Below, piece by piece: positions 16,552-25,506 of a DNA stretch of 64,000 nucleotides. Each line of letters opens with the position of its first letter. Position 1 is the first letter of the stretch. The DNA lies in assembly GCA_963735925.1 (NCBI GenBank), contig CAVTMT010000009.1, forward strand, positions 283,767-347,766. Direction: 5' to 3'. This DNA comes from an uncultured bacterium (GTDB lineage Bacteria; Verrucomicrobiota; Verrucomicrobiia; Limisphaerales; J093). The notes under the pieces were generated by a model, which was not told the origin of the DNA, did no database searches, and saw only the letters and a program-made list of their open reading frames with translations. Both the position numbers and the translations under genes were made by a program.

Positions 16552-17982
16552 TCAAGCCAGCAGCGGCTTCACCACCTCGCCGGCAATGTCAGTGAGGCGA
16601 AAGTCGCGGCCTTGAAAACGGTAGGTCAACCGGAGGTGGTCGATCCCCAACAAGTAGAGCATCGTGGCGTGCAGGTCGTGGACATGGACGGGATTCTCGA
16701 CCGCATTGTACCCGAATTCGTCCGTCGCGCCGTAACTGAAGCCCGGTTTCACACCCGCCCCGGCCATCCACATGGAGAAGCCCTTGATGTGGTGGTCGCG
16801 GCCGTCGCCCTGCGCCATCGGTGTGCGGCCGAATTCGCCGCACCAGATCACCAGCGTGTCGTCCAGGAGCCCGCGCTGTTTGAGGTCGGTCACCAGTGCG
16901 GCGCTGGCCTGGTCCACCAAACCGGACACCGTTTTGATGCCCGCTTTGATGCCGCCGTGATGGTCCCAGCCGCGGTGATAAACTTGGATGAACCGCACGC
17001 CGCGCTCGGCCAGGCGCCGTGCCAGCAGGCAGTTCGCGGCAAAGGTGCCGTCCGCGCCTTTGGTGCCATACATTTCGAGCGTCCGGGCTGACTCGCCCGA
17101 CAAATCCATCAGGCCCGGCACGCTGGCCTGCATCTTGAAGGCCATTTCGTACTGGCTGATCCGGGTGGCGATTTCGGGGTCGTGCGCCACGGAGTCGTAC
17201 TGGCGGTTCAGTTGGTTCACCGCCTCGATCACCCGCCGCTGGCCGTCCACATCGACGCCGGGCGGTCGCTGCAAATAGAGGACCGGGTCGCCGCTGGACT
17301 GGAACCGCACGCCTTGAAAACGGCTCGGCAGAAAGCCGCTGTTCCACTGACGCGCGGCGACGGGTTGATCCTGGCCGCCGCCCGAACTGATCATCACCAC
17401 AAAGCCGGGCAGGTCGGCGCACTCGCTGCCCAGGCCGTAAAGCACCCACGAGCCCATGCTGGGCCGGCCGCTGATCGCCGTACCCGTGTTCATCACCGCG
17501 TGCGCTGTGTCGTGGTTGATCTGGTCGGTATGCATCGAGCGGACGATGCAGATGTCGTCCGCGAGACTGGCGATGCGCGGAAACTCGGTGCAGATCTCCT
17601 GGCCGGCCTGGCCAAACCGCGCGAACGGATACTGCGGCGCGAAGCAATTGAGCTTCTGGCCTTGAAGCTGCGCGACCTGCTGGCCTTGCGTGATCGACTC
17701 CGGCATCGGCTGGCCGTGCATCTCCGCGAGCTTGGGCTTGTGATCGAACGTCTCCAGATGGGACGGCCCGCCGGCCATGTAGAGCCAGATCACGCGTTTC
17801 GCCTTTGCGGGAAAATGCAGCGGGTTCACCAGGCCGCGCCAGACGTCTGGGCCGGCGGAGCCGGCGCGGAGCAAATGCGGATTCAGCAGCGAGGCGAGCG
17901 CCACCTGTCCCAACCCCAAGGCGGTGCGGCCGAGAAAGGCGCGGCGGTTCAACAGCAGGCGGGCGGAATCGGAAGGAGTCAT
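16552..17982 (-). CDS. DUF1501 domain protein (sulfatase/alkaline-phosphatase-like fold) with Tat signal
   Basis: Signal NRRAFLGRTALGLG, then WLYMAGGPSHLETFDHKPKL and GRDHH motifs typical of DUF1501. Confidence 0.9.
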   Translation of the reverse strand: MTPSDSARLLLNRRAFLGRTALGLGQVALASLLNPHLLRAGSAGPDVWRGLVNPLHFPAKAKRVIWLYMAGGPSHLETFDHKPKLAEMHGQPMPESITQGQQVAQLQGQKLNCFAPQYPFARFGQAGQEICTEFPRIASLADDICIVRSMHTDQINHDTAHAVMNTGTAISGRPSMGSWVLYGLGSECADLPGFVVMISSGGGQDQPVAARQWNSGFLPSRFQGVRFQSSGDPVLYLQRPPGVDVDGQRRVIEAVNQLNRQYDSVAHDPEIATRISQYEMAFKMQASVPGLMDLSGESARTLEMYGTKGADGTFAANCLLARRLAERGVRFIQVYHRGWDHHGGIKAGIKTVSGLVDQASAALVTDLKQRGLLDDTLVIWCGEFGRTPMAQGDGRDHHIKGFSMWMAGAGVKPGFSYGATDEFGYNAVENPVHVHDLHATMLYLLGIDHLRLTYRFQGRDFRLTDIAGEVVKPLLA

Positions 17983-17986
17983 CGAT

Positions 17987-20900
17987 TCAAAAGCGCTCGA
18001 TCGTTTCGTGCAGGTTCAGGATGGCCCGCGTCACCTCGGTCCACGCCGCGAGTTCCGACGCCTTCAAGTCGGCGGGCACCGGCGCAGCCCCTTCCGCGAG
18101 GAACTGCGACGCGCTTTCCGGATGGTCGGAAAACCGCTGGAGCTCGGCGCGGAGCAGCCCGGCCAGCACCTCGCGTTCGGCGGCGGTGGGCTTGCGCGCC
18201 AGCGCCTGGTCGAAGGCCCGGTCGATCGCGGCGTTCGTGTCGGACCCGCCGCCGCGCAGCACCCGCGCGGCAAACACCCGCGCCGCCTCGACGTATGTCG
18301 GGTCGTTCAACAGCGCCAGCGCCTGCAAGGGCGTGTTCGAGGGCATGCGCTCGGCGGTGGACTCCTCGCGCGGACAGGCGTCGAAGGCGAGCAGGCTCGG
18401 CTGCAAAAAAGTGCGGCACCAGAAAGTGTACAGCCCGCGCCGGTAAAGGCTCTCGCCGGTGTCATTGTCCCACGTGCGTTTCGGGAAGTTGAGTTGGTCC
18501 CAATACCCGGCGGGCTGGTAGGGCTTTACGCTCGGACCGCCGATCCTCTCCACGAGCAGGCCCGCCACCGACAACGCGTTGTCGCGGACCATTTCGGCGT
18601 CGATCCGGAACCGGGCCTGGCGCGCGTACAGGCGGTTGAACGGATCGCGCTCGCGCAACTCCTCGGACTCCTGTGAGCTTTGCCGATAGGCGCGCGAACG
18701 GACCATCAACCGCACGATGTGCTTCACGTCCCAGCCGCTGTCCATGAACTCGGCCGCCAGCCAGTCCAGCAATTCCGGGTGCGTCGGCCACTCGCCCCGC
18801 ACACCGAAATCGTCAAGCGACTTGGAGATGCCGACACCGAACAACAGCTTCCAGAGCCGGTTCACGAAAACGCGCGCCGTCAGCGGATTTTCGCGGGACA
18901 CCAGCCAGCGCGCCAGGTCGAGACGGGTGGCCCGCCGATCCTTCAGCGGCGCGCCGCCGAGGAACTCGGGCGGCGCCGGCTCGACGATGTCGCCGCTCTC
19001 GTTCATCCAGTTGCCGCGCGGCAGAATGCGGGTGATGCGCGGGGCTTCCGTCACGCTCATCAAGGTCGTGGGGATGCGGGCGACCAACGCCTCGCGCTCC
19101 TTGCGCGCGGTCACCAACTCGGCGCGGGGCTTGTCCAGCAAGGGCGTCACCGCCAGGAAATGCCGCTTCAACAAGTCCATCTGCTCCGGCGTGCGCTCCG
19201 AGAGCGGCCGACGCAAGGCCTCAGCCACCTCGGTTGGCAGGCCCGTGCCGTTCAACGCGGGATGGTCCACCGAGGTTATTGAGAGCCGAAAGCGGCCGAT
19301 GGCGTGCTGCTTGAAACTCGATTCGAACTTGAGCCGCACCGTCAGAACCGTGCCGGGGCCGCCGGCGAGCGGTTGCGCGAAAATGAACGCCGCCTGGTGG
19401 TCCGCCGGCTTCTCGTGGCCGGCGACGGCCCAGCCGGTGTCGGACTTGCCATCGATTGCGTTGGCCACGGGGTAACCGTCCTGCGAGAAGTCGGCGATGG
19501 CGCTGGCCAGTTCGACGCGTGTGGCCGTGGCTTCGCCGGGCTTGGCTGCCTCCACCTCGACCTCGGTGAGCACGAAGTTGCCGTTGGCGCGCGACAGCCC
19601 GCCGTTCTTCATCGTGGGATGCGTGAGGGCCTCGAGTTCGATGGCCGTGAGGTGCGGTTGGTCGGCGCGGAGCGTGACCGTGTACGTGTCGTTGTCGGGG
19701 TTTGCACCGCCGCTCAGCACGCTCCGATCCTCCAGCACGGTCAACGTGGCGCCGCCGGCCGAAACCACCTGCTCGGGTTTCACGGCCGCCCACGCCGGTT
19801 GGCCTGCCGCCAGGTCCGCGGCGGTCACCTCCGCCCATTTGACCTGCGCCGCGGCGAGTTGAGGCGTGTAGTTCGTGAGCGTCGCCTCCAGGCCGGCGAT
19901 GTGTCCCTCCAACCGCTGCAGGTCGGCCGCCTGCTCCGGACTGGGCACGAGGCTGCCTTCGCGCTTGCCGACCCCGGCTTCCTTGAGGTCGGCAAAGTAC
20001 GCTTCGAGCCGATAGAAATCGCGCGTGGTGATCGGGTCGAACTTGTGGTCGTGGCACTCCGCGCAGCCCGTCGTGGCCGCCAGCCAGACCGTGCCAACGG
20101 ACCGCGCGCGGTCGGCTGCGTACTTGGCCAGGTATTCCTTCGGTTGCGCGCCGCCTTCCTCGGTGCTTCGGCCCAGCCGGTTGTAGGTCGAGGCGACGCG
20201 TTGTTCCAGGCTGGCGTCCGGCAGGAGATCGCCGGCCAGTTGCTCGACCGTGAAGCGGTCGAACGCTTCATTGGCATTGAACGCCCGGATGACGTAGTCC
20301 CGGTACGGCCAGACGCTCCGATAATTGTCCGCGTGATAACCGTCGGTGTCGGCGTACCGGACCAGGTCGAGCCAGTACATTGCCAGGCGCTCGCCGAAGT
20401 GCGGCGAGGCGAGCAGACGTTCGACCAACTGATCGTAGGCCGCCGGCGACGGGTCCTGCTCGAAGGCGCGCACCTCCTCCGGTAGCGGCGGCAGCCCGGT
20501 CAGATCGAAGCTGAGTCGGCGAATCAAGGAGCGTCGGTCCGCCTCCGGCGAGGGCGCCAAGCCTTCCTTTTCGATCCGCGCGAGGATGAACCCGTCGATC
20601 TCATCCTTCGGCCAGCCGGGTTGCTTGACCTCCGGGACCGCCGGGCGCCGAACGGCTTGATAGGCCCAGTGAGCTTCCCACGAGGCGCCTTCGGCGATCC
20701 AGCGCTGCAACAACGCGATCTGCGATTTCGTCAGCGACTTGCCCGACTTGGGCGGCGGCATGAGGTCGTCTTCGTCCGCCGTCGCGATGCGGCGGGCCAG
20801 ATCGCTCTGGTCGGGGTGACCGGGCTTCACGATCGCCTTGCCGTCGCGCCCGGCGAACAAGCCTTCACGGGTGTCCAGGCGGAGCTTGGCCTTGCGCTTG

Positions 20901-21118
20901 GCGCTGTCCGGGCCGTGGCAGGCGAAGCAGTTGTCGGACAAGATCGGGCGGATATCGCGATTGAACGCCACCGCACCGGCCGTCGCGACCGGGCTGGACG
21001 CGGCGGTGGCGGCGCGGGCAGCCAGGGTCGCCAGGCCGAGCCAGGCCAGAAAAGTGAAATATGTCATCGGCGGCGTAAACCCGGTGCGCCAGCCCGGCCG
21101 GACGTGCCGGCGCGGCAT
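17987..21118 (-). CDS. PSCyt (planctomycete cytochrome c) / DUF1549 / DUF1553 protein with a discoidin-like insert
   Basis: Heme motif DNCFACHGPD, DUF1549-like DRFTVEQLAGDLLP, a central NAIDGKSDTGWAV block and a DUF1553-like C-terminus (LLAFDACPREESTAERMPSNTPLQALALLND). An alternative start is at MTYFTFLAWLG (21067). Confidence 0.9.
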   Translation of the reverse strand: MPRRHVRPGWRTGFTPPMTYFTFLAWLGLATLAARAATAASSPVATAGAVAFNRDIRPILSDNCFACHGPDSAKRKAKLRLDTREGLFAGRDGKAIVKPGHPDQSDLARRIATADEDDLMPPPKSGKSLTKSQIALLQRWIAEGASWEAHWAYQAVRRPAVPEVKQPGWPKDEIDGFILARIEKEGLAPSPEADRRSLIRRLSFDLTGLPPLPEEVRAFEQDPSPAAYDQLVERLLASPHFGERLAMYWLDLVRYADTDGYHADNYRSVWPYRDYVIRAFNANEAFDRFTVEQLAGDLLPDASLEQRVASTYNRLGRSTEEGGAQPKEYLAKYAADRARSVGTVWLAATTGCAECHDHKFDPITTRDFYRLEAYFADLKEAGVGKREGSLVPSPEQAADLQRLEGHIAGLEATLTNYTPQLAAAQVKWAEVTAADLAAGQPAWAAVKPEQVVSAGGATLTVLEDRSVLSGGANPDNDTYTVTLRADQPHLTAIELEALTHPTMKNGGLSRANGNFVLTEVEVEAAKPGEATATRVELASAIADFSQDGYPVANAIDGKSDTGWAVAGHEKPADHQAAFIFAQPLAGGPGTVLTVRLKFESSFKQHAIGRFRLSITSVDHPALNGTGLPTEVAEALRRPLSERTPEQMDLLKRHFLAVTPLLDKPRAELVTARKEREALVARIPTTLMSVTEAPRITRILPRGNWMNESGDIVEPAPPEFLGGAPLKDRRATRLDLARWLVSRENPLTARVFVNRLWKLLFGVGISKSLDDFGVRGEWPTHPELLDWLAAEFMDSGWDVKHIVRLMVRSRAYRQSSQESEELRERDPFNRLYARQARFRIDAEMVRDNALSVAGLLVERIGGPSVKPYQPAGYWDQLNFPKRTWDNDTGESLYRRGLYTFWCRTFLQPSLLAFDACPREESTAERMPSNTPLQALALLNDPTYVEAARVFAARVLRGGGSDTNAAIDRAFDQALARKPTAAEREVLAGLLRAELQRFSDHPESASQFLAEGAAPVPADLKASELAAWTEVTRAILNLHETIERF

Positions 21119-21222
21119 CGGGTTGACAGCAAATTGGCGATGCTGATGGGAGGTGTCAAGAAACCTGACCGGTCCAAGAGCCGCGCCGGCGGTCGTTCAC
21201 TTCCTCCGCGAACGCCCGCGCC

Positions 21223-21483
21223 TCAAAAGCGCTGGCTGTATGCAGCGTGCGTCCCGATCCATTCCCAGACGAAGACGCCGCCAGTGAATTTGCCGATGGC
21301 CCGGTAGTGATCCCCCACACGCACCGACCAGTTGGGCTGGCCAATGCATTTGAAATGCAGCGAAGGGTGGAAAGCGTTCGCCGACCAGAGACGGTAGTTC
21401 TTTCGCGCAAGCTGCCTCACCTCGGCGGGCAGGGCGCGATAGAGCCGCCAGAATTCAGGGGTGCCGCGGCCGGGGATCGTCAC
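21223..21483 (-). CDS. ParE-like type II toxin
   Basis: 86 aa. FWRLYRALPAEVRQLARKNYRLWSANAFHPSLHFKCIG..WSVRVGDHYRAIG..VWEWIGTHAAY matches the ParE-like toxin family pattern as I recall it. Confidence 0.8.
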   Translation of the reverse strand: MTIPGRGTPEFWRLYRALPAEVRQLARKNYRLWSANAFHPSLHFKCIGQPNWSVRVGDHYRAIGKFTGGVFVWEWIGTHAAYSQRF

Positions 21484-21701
21484 AGCTCGAGCAGAATGTC
21501 GTCGAGGGGGTGAGTTTGTCCGGTGGCGTGGCTGACATCCGCCTCGCGGTTGAGTTGGGCGAACTTGCCCGCCGCTGCGTCGGCCTTCATCTGCCGGTCC
21601 CAGTCGTCGTCAGCCCAGCCGCAGAGCTCGGCCAGAACCTCGGCGCGTTCTTCCAGCGAAAGCTTGTTGATGGCGGTCTTGATTTCCTCAACCGTGCTCA
21701 C
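21480..21701 (-). CDS. antitoxin (addiction-module component type)
   Basis: 73 aa with a GTG start and a 4-nt overlap with the toxin. N-terminal IKTAINKLSLEERAEVLAEL helix typical of small antitoxins. Confidence 0.7.
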   Translation of the reverse strand: MSTVEEIKTAINKLSLEERAEVLAELCGWADDDWDRQMKADAAAGKFAQLNREADVSHATGQTHPLDDILLEL

Positions 21702-21950
21702 GCCAGAAACATGTCCACTCGGGAAGTCTTTGGCAACCGGGAAGCAGTCGATGGCATCGCGTCCAAGTGAGTCGCTTGCTTGACCTGCATGCCTTTGAAT
21801 GCTGGCATCCTGAGCACGATTTCCGTCACCGTCTTGAAGTAGAAACCCGCCCCCGACTGGTGGTCTCCGCCGGGAAGGATGACCTGATCGTCACCGCGCC
21901 GCGCCCGCCTGCGCCTTGACCGCACGCGCGGCAACGCCTAAGCAAAGCGG

Positions 21951-22652
21951 ATGAAGATCGCGCTGTTCGGCGTTACCGGCATCCCGCTGGGCAAATGCAA
22001 CCTCAAAGACCCCCGCCTGGACCAGGCCGACCAACTGGTCGAGGCCAAGAAGAAGGCCTATGCCCAGGTCGATATCGTGGACGACTCGGAAACCCTCACC
22101 GCCGATGCCATCCTCACCACCCGGTCCGCGCTCTCGGACCTGCTCACCAAGGATCTGGACTTCGTCGAAGCCCGGCTCGGCCGGGACCCGGTGCCGGCCG
22201 AGAAGGCGGTTTTGGAGAAGCTGGCGGATGCGCTCATGAGCGACCGCACCGTGTTGCAGCAAGGTCTGTCGCCGGCGGAACTCGAGACGGTTGCGGCCCA
22301 CAATTTCCACACCTGCAAGCCGGTCATCGTAGCCGAGGACGCCGAACTGCAGGCGCCGGAGGCGCTGGTCCTCCGGGCCTTTCGCGAAGGCGGCCACATC
22401 AGCTTCCTCACCGTCGGCGGCAAGGAGAACCGCGCGTGGCCGATTCGTGCCGGCCTCACCGCGCTCGAAGCGGCGGGCACGATTCACACCGACATCCAGA
22501 AAGGTTTCATCCGGGCCGAGGTCATCAGCTTCGCCGACTTCGTCGAGGCGGGCGGCGAAACCGAAGCGAAGCGCGCCGGCAAGCAACGTCTCGAATTGAA
22601 GACCTACGTCATGCAGGACTACGACGTGGTCAACTTCCGGTTCAACAAGTAA
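21951..22652 (+). CDS. YchF-like DUF933 protein lacking a canonical P-loop
   Basis: The C-terminus IHTDIQKGFIRAEVISFADFVEAGGETEAKRAGKQRLELKTYVMQDYDVVNFRFN closely mirrors the YchF TGS-like domain. The N-terminus MKIALFGVTGIPLGK lacks GxxxxGKS/T. Confidence 0.8.
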   Translation: MKIALFGVTGIPLGKCNLKDPRLDQADQLVEAKKKAYAQVDIVDDSETLTADAILTTRSALSDLLTKDLDFVEARLGRDPVPAEKAVLEKLADALMSDRTVLQQGLSPAELETVAAHNFHTCKPVIVAEDAELQAPEALVLRAFREGGHISFLTVGGKENRAWPIRAGLTALEAAGTIHTDIQKGFIRAEVISFADFVEAGGETEAKRAGKQRLELKTYVMQDYDVVNFRFNK

Positions 22653-22704
22653 GGCCGTCGCGCCGCGGCGCCAGCCCCACCGTCGCGCGACCGCTCCCCA
22701 CTCG

Positions 22705-23565
22705 ATGCGAGCCTCGCCCCTCCGACCGCGAACCCGCCGCCGCCGGTGCCGGCTTCCGCAAGGCGCGCTGCTGCTGGCCGCGTTGCTTCCCCTGGCCGCG
22801 GCGGCGCAATCGGCCGCTGCCGAGACCCGCCCGCGCGAGCCGGTGCGTTCGTTCGCAAGCGCCAGGGAAGTGAACTACCGCGAACCGGCGCGCGCCTACG
22901 TGGTCACGAATGCGCACGGGTGGACGGTGCGGCTCGATCGAGAGCTGACCGAGGCGCAGCCCGCCCTGGCTCGCGAGGCCTTGACACGGCTCGATGCCAA
23001 GCTGGCGGACGTGCTCCATCGCTTGCCGGCCGGCAGTCACCCGCTCCTGCGCCGCCTGCCCATCTTCCTCCTGTTGGGCGAGGAGTCCAAGGCGGGGGGG
23101 CGCGACAACGGCGCGGAGTACTTCCAGCGCCAGGCGCCCGACTTCTTCCCGCTGACCGATCCGCATTGGGGCAGCAGCCTGGTGATCTATTCGGCGCGGA
23201 ACTACGTTCAGCTCTCGGAGGAATGGGCGGTGCGGGTGCTCCTGCACGAATTCGCGCACGCCTGGCAACTCGAACAGTGGCCGGAAAAGCAGGCGGACAT
23301 CCAGGCGGCCTACGACCACGCCATGAGCCAGGGCCTGTATCGCGGGGTCAAGGACGTGAACGGCGACCCGGTCACGAAGGCCTACGCGGCGGAGAACCAG
23401 CTCGAGTACTTCGCCGAGCTGAGCGGAGCGTACTTCTTGCGCGGGGAATACGAGCCGTTCGACCGCGTCGCCTTGCGCGCCTACGACCCGGAAGGCTGCG
23501 CCATGATCGAGAAGCTGTGGGGCGTGAATGGCCCGCCGCCGCCGGCGGAAAAGAACGATCCGTGA
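22705..23565 (+). CDS. secreted zincin-like metallopeptidase candidate (HExxH)
   Basis: Signal-like ALLLAALLPLAAAAQS, then HEFAHAW followed by ENQLEYFAELSGAYF, reminiscent of MtfA/anthrax-LF-type zincins. Confidence 0.7.
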   Translation: MRASPLRPRTRRRRCRLPQGALLLAALLPLAAAAQSAAAETRPREPVRSFASAREVNYREPARAYVVTNAHGWTVRLDRELTEAQPALAREALTRLDAKLADVLHRLPAGSHPLLRRLPIFLLLGEESKAGGRDNGAEYFQRQAPDFFPLTDPHWGSSLVIYSARNYVQLSEEWAVRVLLHEFAHAWQLEQWPEKQADIQAAYDHAMSQGLYRGVKDVNGDPVTKAYAAENQLEYFAELSGAYFLRGEYEPFDRVALRAYDPEGCAMIEKLWGVNGPPPPAEKNDP

Positions 23566-24449
23566 AGTCGCATCGCCAGGCCCTGCTGGCCTTGCATGGC
23601 GCGGTGGCGCTGTTTGGCTGCTCCGGGTTGCTGGGAAAGGTCGTGTCCGCCCCGGCCGGCGTCATCACCTGCGTGCGTTCGCTGGTGGGCGCGCTGGCGC
23701 TGGGCGCCCTGGTCGTGGCGCGGAGCCCCGGGTTGCGGATGCTGGAAACCAGGAACTCCCCGAACCTGGCGGCCCTGGCCCTCGGCGGCGCGTTGCTCGC
23801 CGTTCATTGGTGGAGCTTTTTCGCGGCGATCCAACTCGGCACCGTCGCGTTGGGCTTGTTGACCTATGCCAGCTATCCGCTCTTCAGTACGCTGCTCGAG
23901 CCGCTCTGTTTTCGCGAGCGCCTCCACCTCGCCGACGTCGCCGCGTGTCTGGGGGTGGCCGCGGGGCTGGCGCTGGTGGTGCCGGACTGGCATTTCGGGA
24001 GGGCGGCCGGTCGCGCGGCCCTCTGCGGCATCGCCTCCGGCTTCACGTTCGCATTGCTCACGCTCCTCAACCGACGTCTCACCCGCGGACTGCCGCCGCT
24101 CCGCATCGTGGCGGTTCAAACCGCGGTCGCCGGTCTGCTGCTCCTCCCGTTCGCAGCCCCGGCCTTCGGCGCTGTGAAGCTGGTGGATTGGGGCTGGCTG
24201 GTGGTGCTGGGAGTGGTGTTCACCGGCCTCGCGCACTGGGCGTTCACCGCCTCCTTGACGCGGTTGTCCGTGCGCCTGGCGGGCGTGACGGCGGCGCTGG
24301 AGCCAGTCTATGGAATCGCGTTGGCCTGGGTGTTGCTCGGCGAAGCCATCGCGCCCCGCACGCTGGCCGGTGGCGGGTTGATCATCGCGGCGACCCTCCT
24401 GGCGACGCTGACCCGCCGGGCCAGGACACGCGTCGTGGTTCCGGCCTGA
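23562..24449 (+). CDS. DMT-superfamily (EamA-like) transporter
   Basis: About 295 aa and roughly ten hydrophobic segments in two halves. GTG start overlaps the upstream stop (GTGA). The upstream part of the 567-aa track ORF is out of frame over the previous gene. Confidence 0.8.
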   Translation: MKSHRQALLALHGAVALFGCSGLLGKVVSAPAGVITCVRSLVGALALGALVVARSPGLRMLETRNSPNLAALALGGALLAVHWWSFFAAIQLGTVALGLLTYASYPLFSTLLEPLCFRERLHLADVAACLGVAAGLALVVPDWHFGRAAGRAALCGIASGFTFALLTLLNRRLTRGLPPLRIVAVQTAVAGLLLLPFAAPAFGAVKLVDWGWLVVLGVVFTGLAHWAFTASLTRLSVRLAGVTAALEPVYGIALAWVLLGEAIAPRTLAGGGLIIAATLLATLTRRARTRVVVPA

Positions 24450-24450
24450 T

Positions 24451-25467
24451 TCACCGCGGGTTGGTCAGCGAGGCCCGCCGCGCGGCCAGGCGCGTCGCCA
24501 GGCGGATCGCCGCGACCATGCTGTCCGGGCGGGCCACGCCTTGGCCGGCGATGTCGTAGGCGGTGCCATGGTCGGGCGAGGTGCGGATGAACGGCAGCCC
24601 GAGCGTCCAGTTCACGCCGGTGTCGAAGGCGATCAGCTTGAGCGGCGCCAGGCCCTGGTCGTGGTACATCGCGACCACCACGTCGTAGTCGCCGCGCCAG
24701 GCATGGTGAAAGAGCGTGTCCGCGGCGAACGGTCCATGCGCGTCCAGGCCCCGCGCGCGCGCAGCCTCGACGGCCGGCGCCACCACTTCGATGTCTTCGC
24801 GGCCCAGTTCACCGCCTTCGCCGGCGTGGGGGTTCAAGCCGCAGACGCCGACGCGGCGGCGCGGCAGGCCCAGATCGCGGCAGGCTTCCGCGGCGCGGTC
24901 GATCGCCAGTTCGACGTTCTCGCGCGTCACGGCGTCGGCGAGGCGGCGGATCGGGACGTGGGTCGTCGCAAGGGCCACGCGCAGCCAGCGCCCGCCGGGG
25001 TCTTCGCCGAGCAACATCATCACCGTGCGATCGACGCCGGCGAGGCGCGACAGGAATTCGGTCTGGCCCACGAACGACGTGCCGCTGCGAATAATGGCCG
25101 CCTTGCTGACCGGGGCGGTGACCAAGGCCTGCAATTCTCCCCGCAAGCAACGCCCGGCGCCGTCGCGGAGCCAATCGAGCGCCGCCTGGGCGGCTGGCGC
25201 GGCGCCCGGAAGCAGGCTTTCAGGCAAGGGTGCGGGACGAGGGTCGAGCCAGAAGACATCGCCGGGCGCGGCGAAGTTCGTGAACGGCTGGAGCGACAGG
25301 CGGAGGGAGCGGTTGGCGCGTTCGAGCCAGGCGGCGTCACCGAGGATCAAATAGCGCGGTGACGACTCGTTGTCGCCGGTCGGCCGCAACGTGTGCAGCG
25401 CCTTGAGCGCGACCTCCGGCCCGATGCCGGTCACGTCACCCAGCGCGATGCCGATCCAAGGGCGCAT
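24451..25467 (-). CDS. pdxA: 4-hydroxythreonine-4-phosphate dehydrogenase
   Basis: GDVTGIGPEV, GLNPHAGEGG and SPDHGTAYDIAGQG motifs. Confidence 0.93.
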   Translation of the reverse strand: MRPWIGIALGDVTGIGPEVALKALHTLRPTGDNESSPRYLILGDAAWLERANRSLRLSLQPFTNFAAPGDVFWLDPRPAPLPESLLPGAAPAAQAALDWLRDGAGRCLRGELQALVTAPVSKAAIIRSGTSFVGQTEFLSRLAGVDRTVMMLLGEDPGGRWLRVALATTHVPIRRLADAVTRENVELAIDRAAEACRDLGLPRRRVGVCGLNPHAGEGGELGREDIEVVAPAVEAARARGLDAHGPFAADTLFHHAWRGDYDVVVAMYHDQGLAPLKLIAFDTGVNWTLGLPFIRTSPDHGTAYDIAGQGVARPDSMVAAIRLATRLAARRASLTNPR

Positions 25468-25506
25468 GACGGTGCGGGGGAGCGGAGGGGCGACCGCTGG
25501 ACTGGC

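Noticed and set aside
21698-21934. The 78-aa ORF upstream of the antitoxin, considered as an intact gene.
   Set aside because: Its N-terminus is an Arg-run (RVRSRRRRARR), only a short motif resembles RelE/HigB-type toxins, and there is no plausible partner. It is kept only as a possible relic inside the TA finding.
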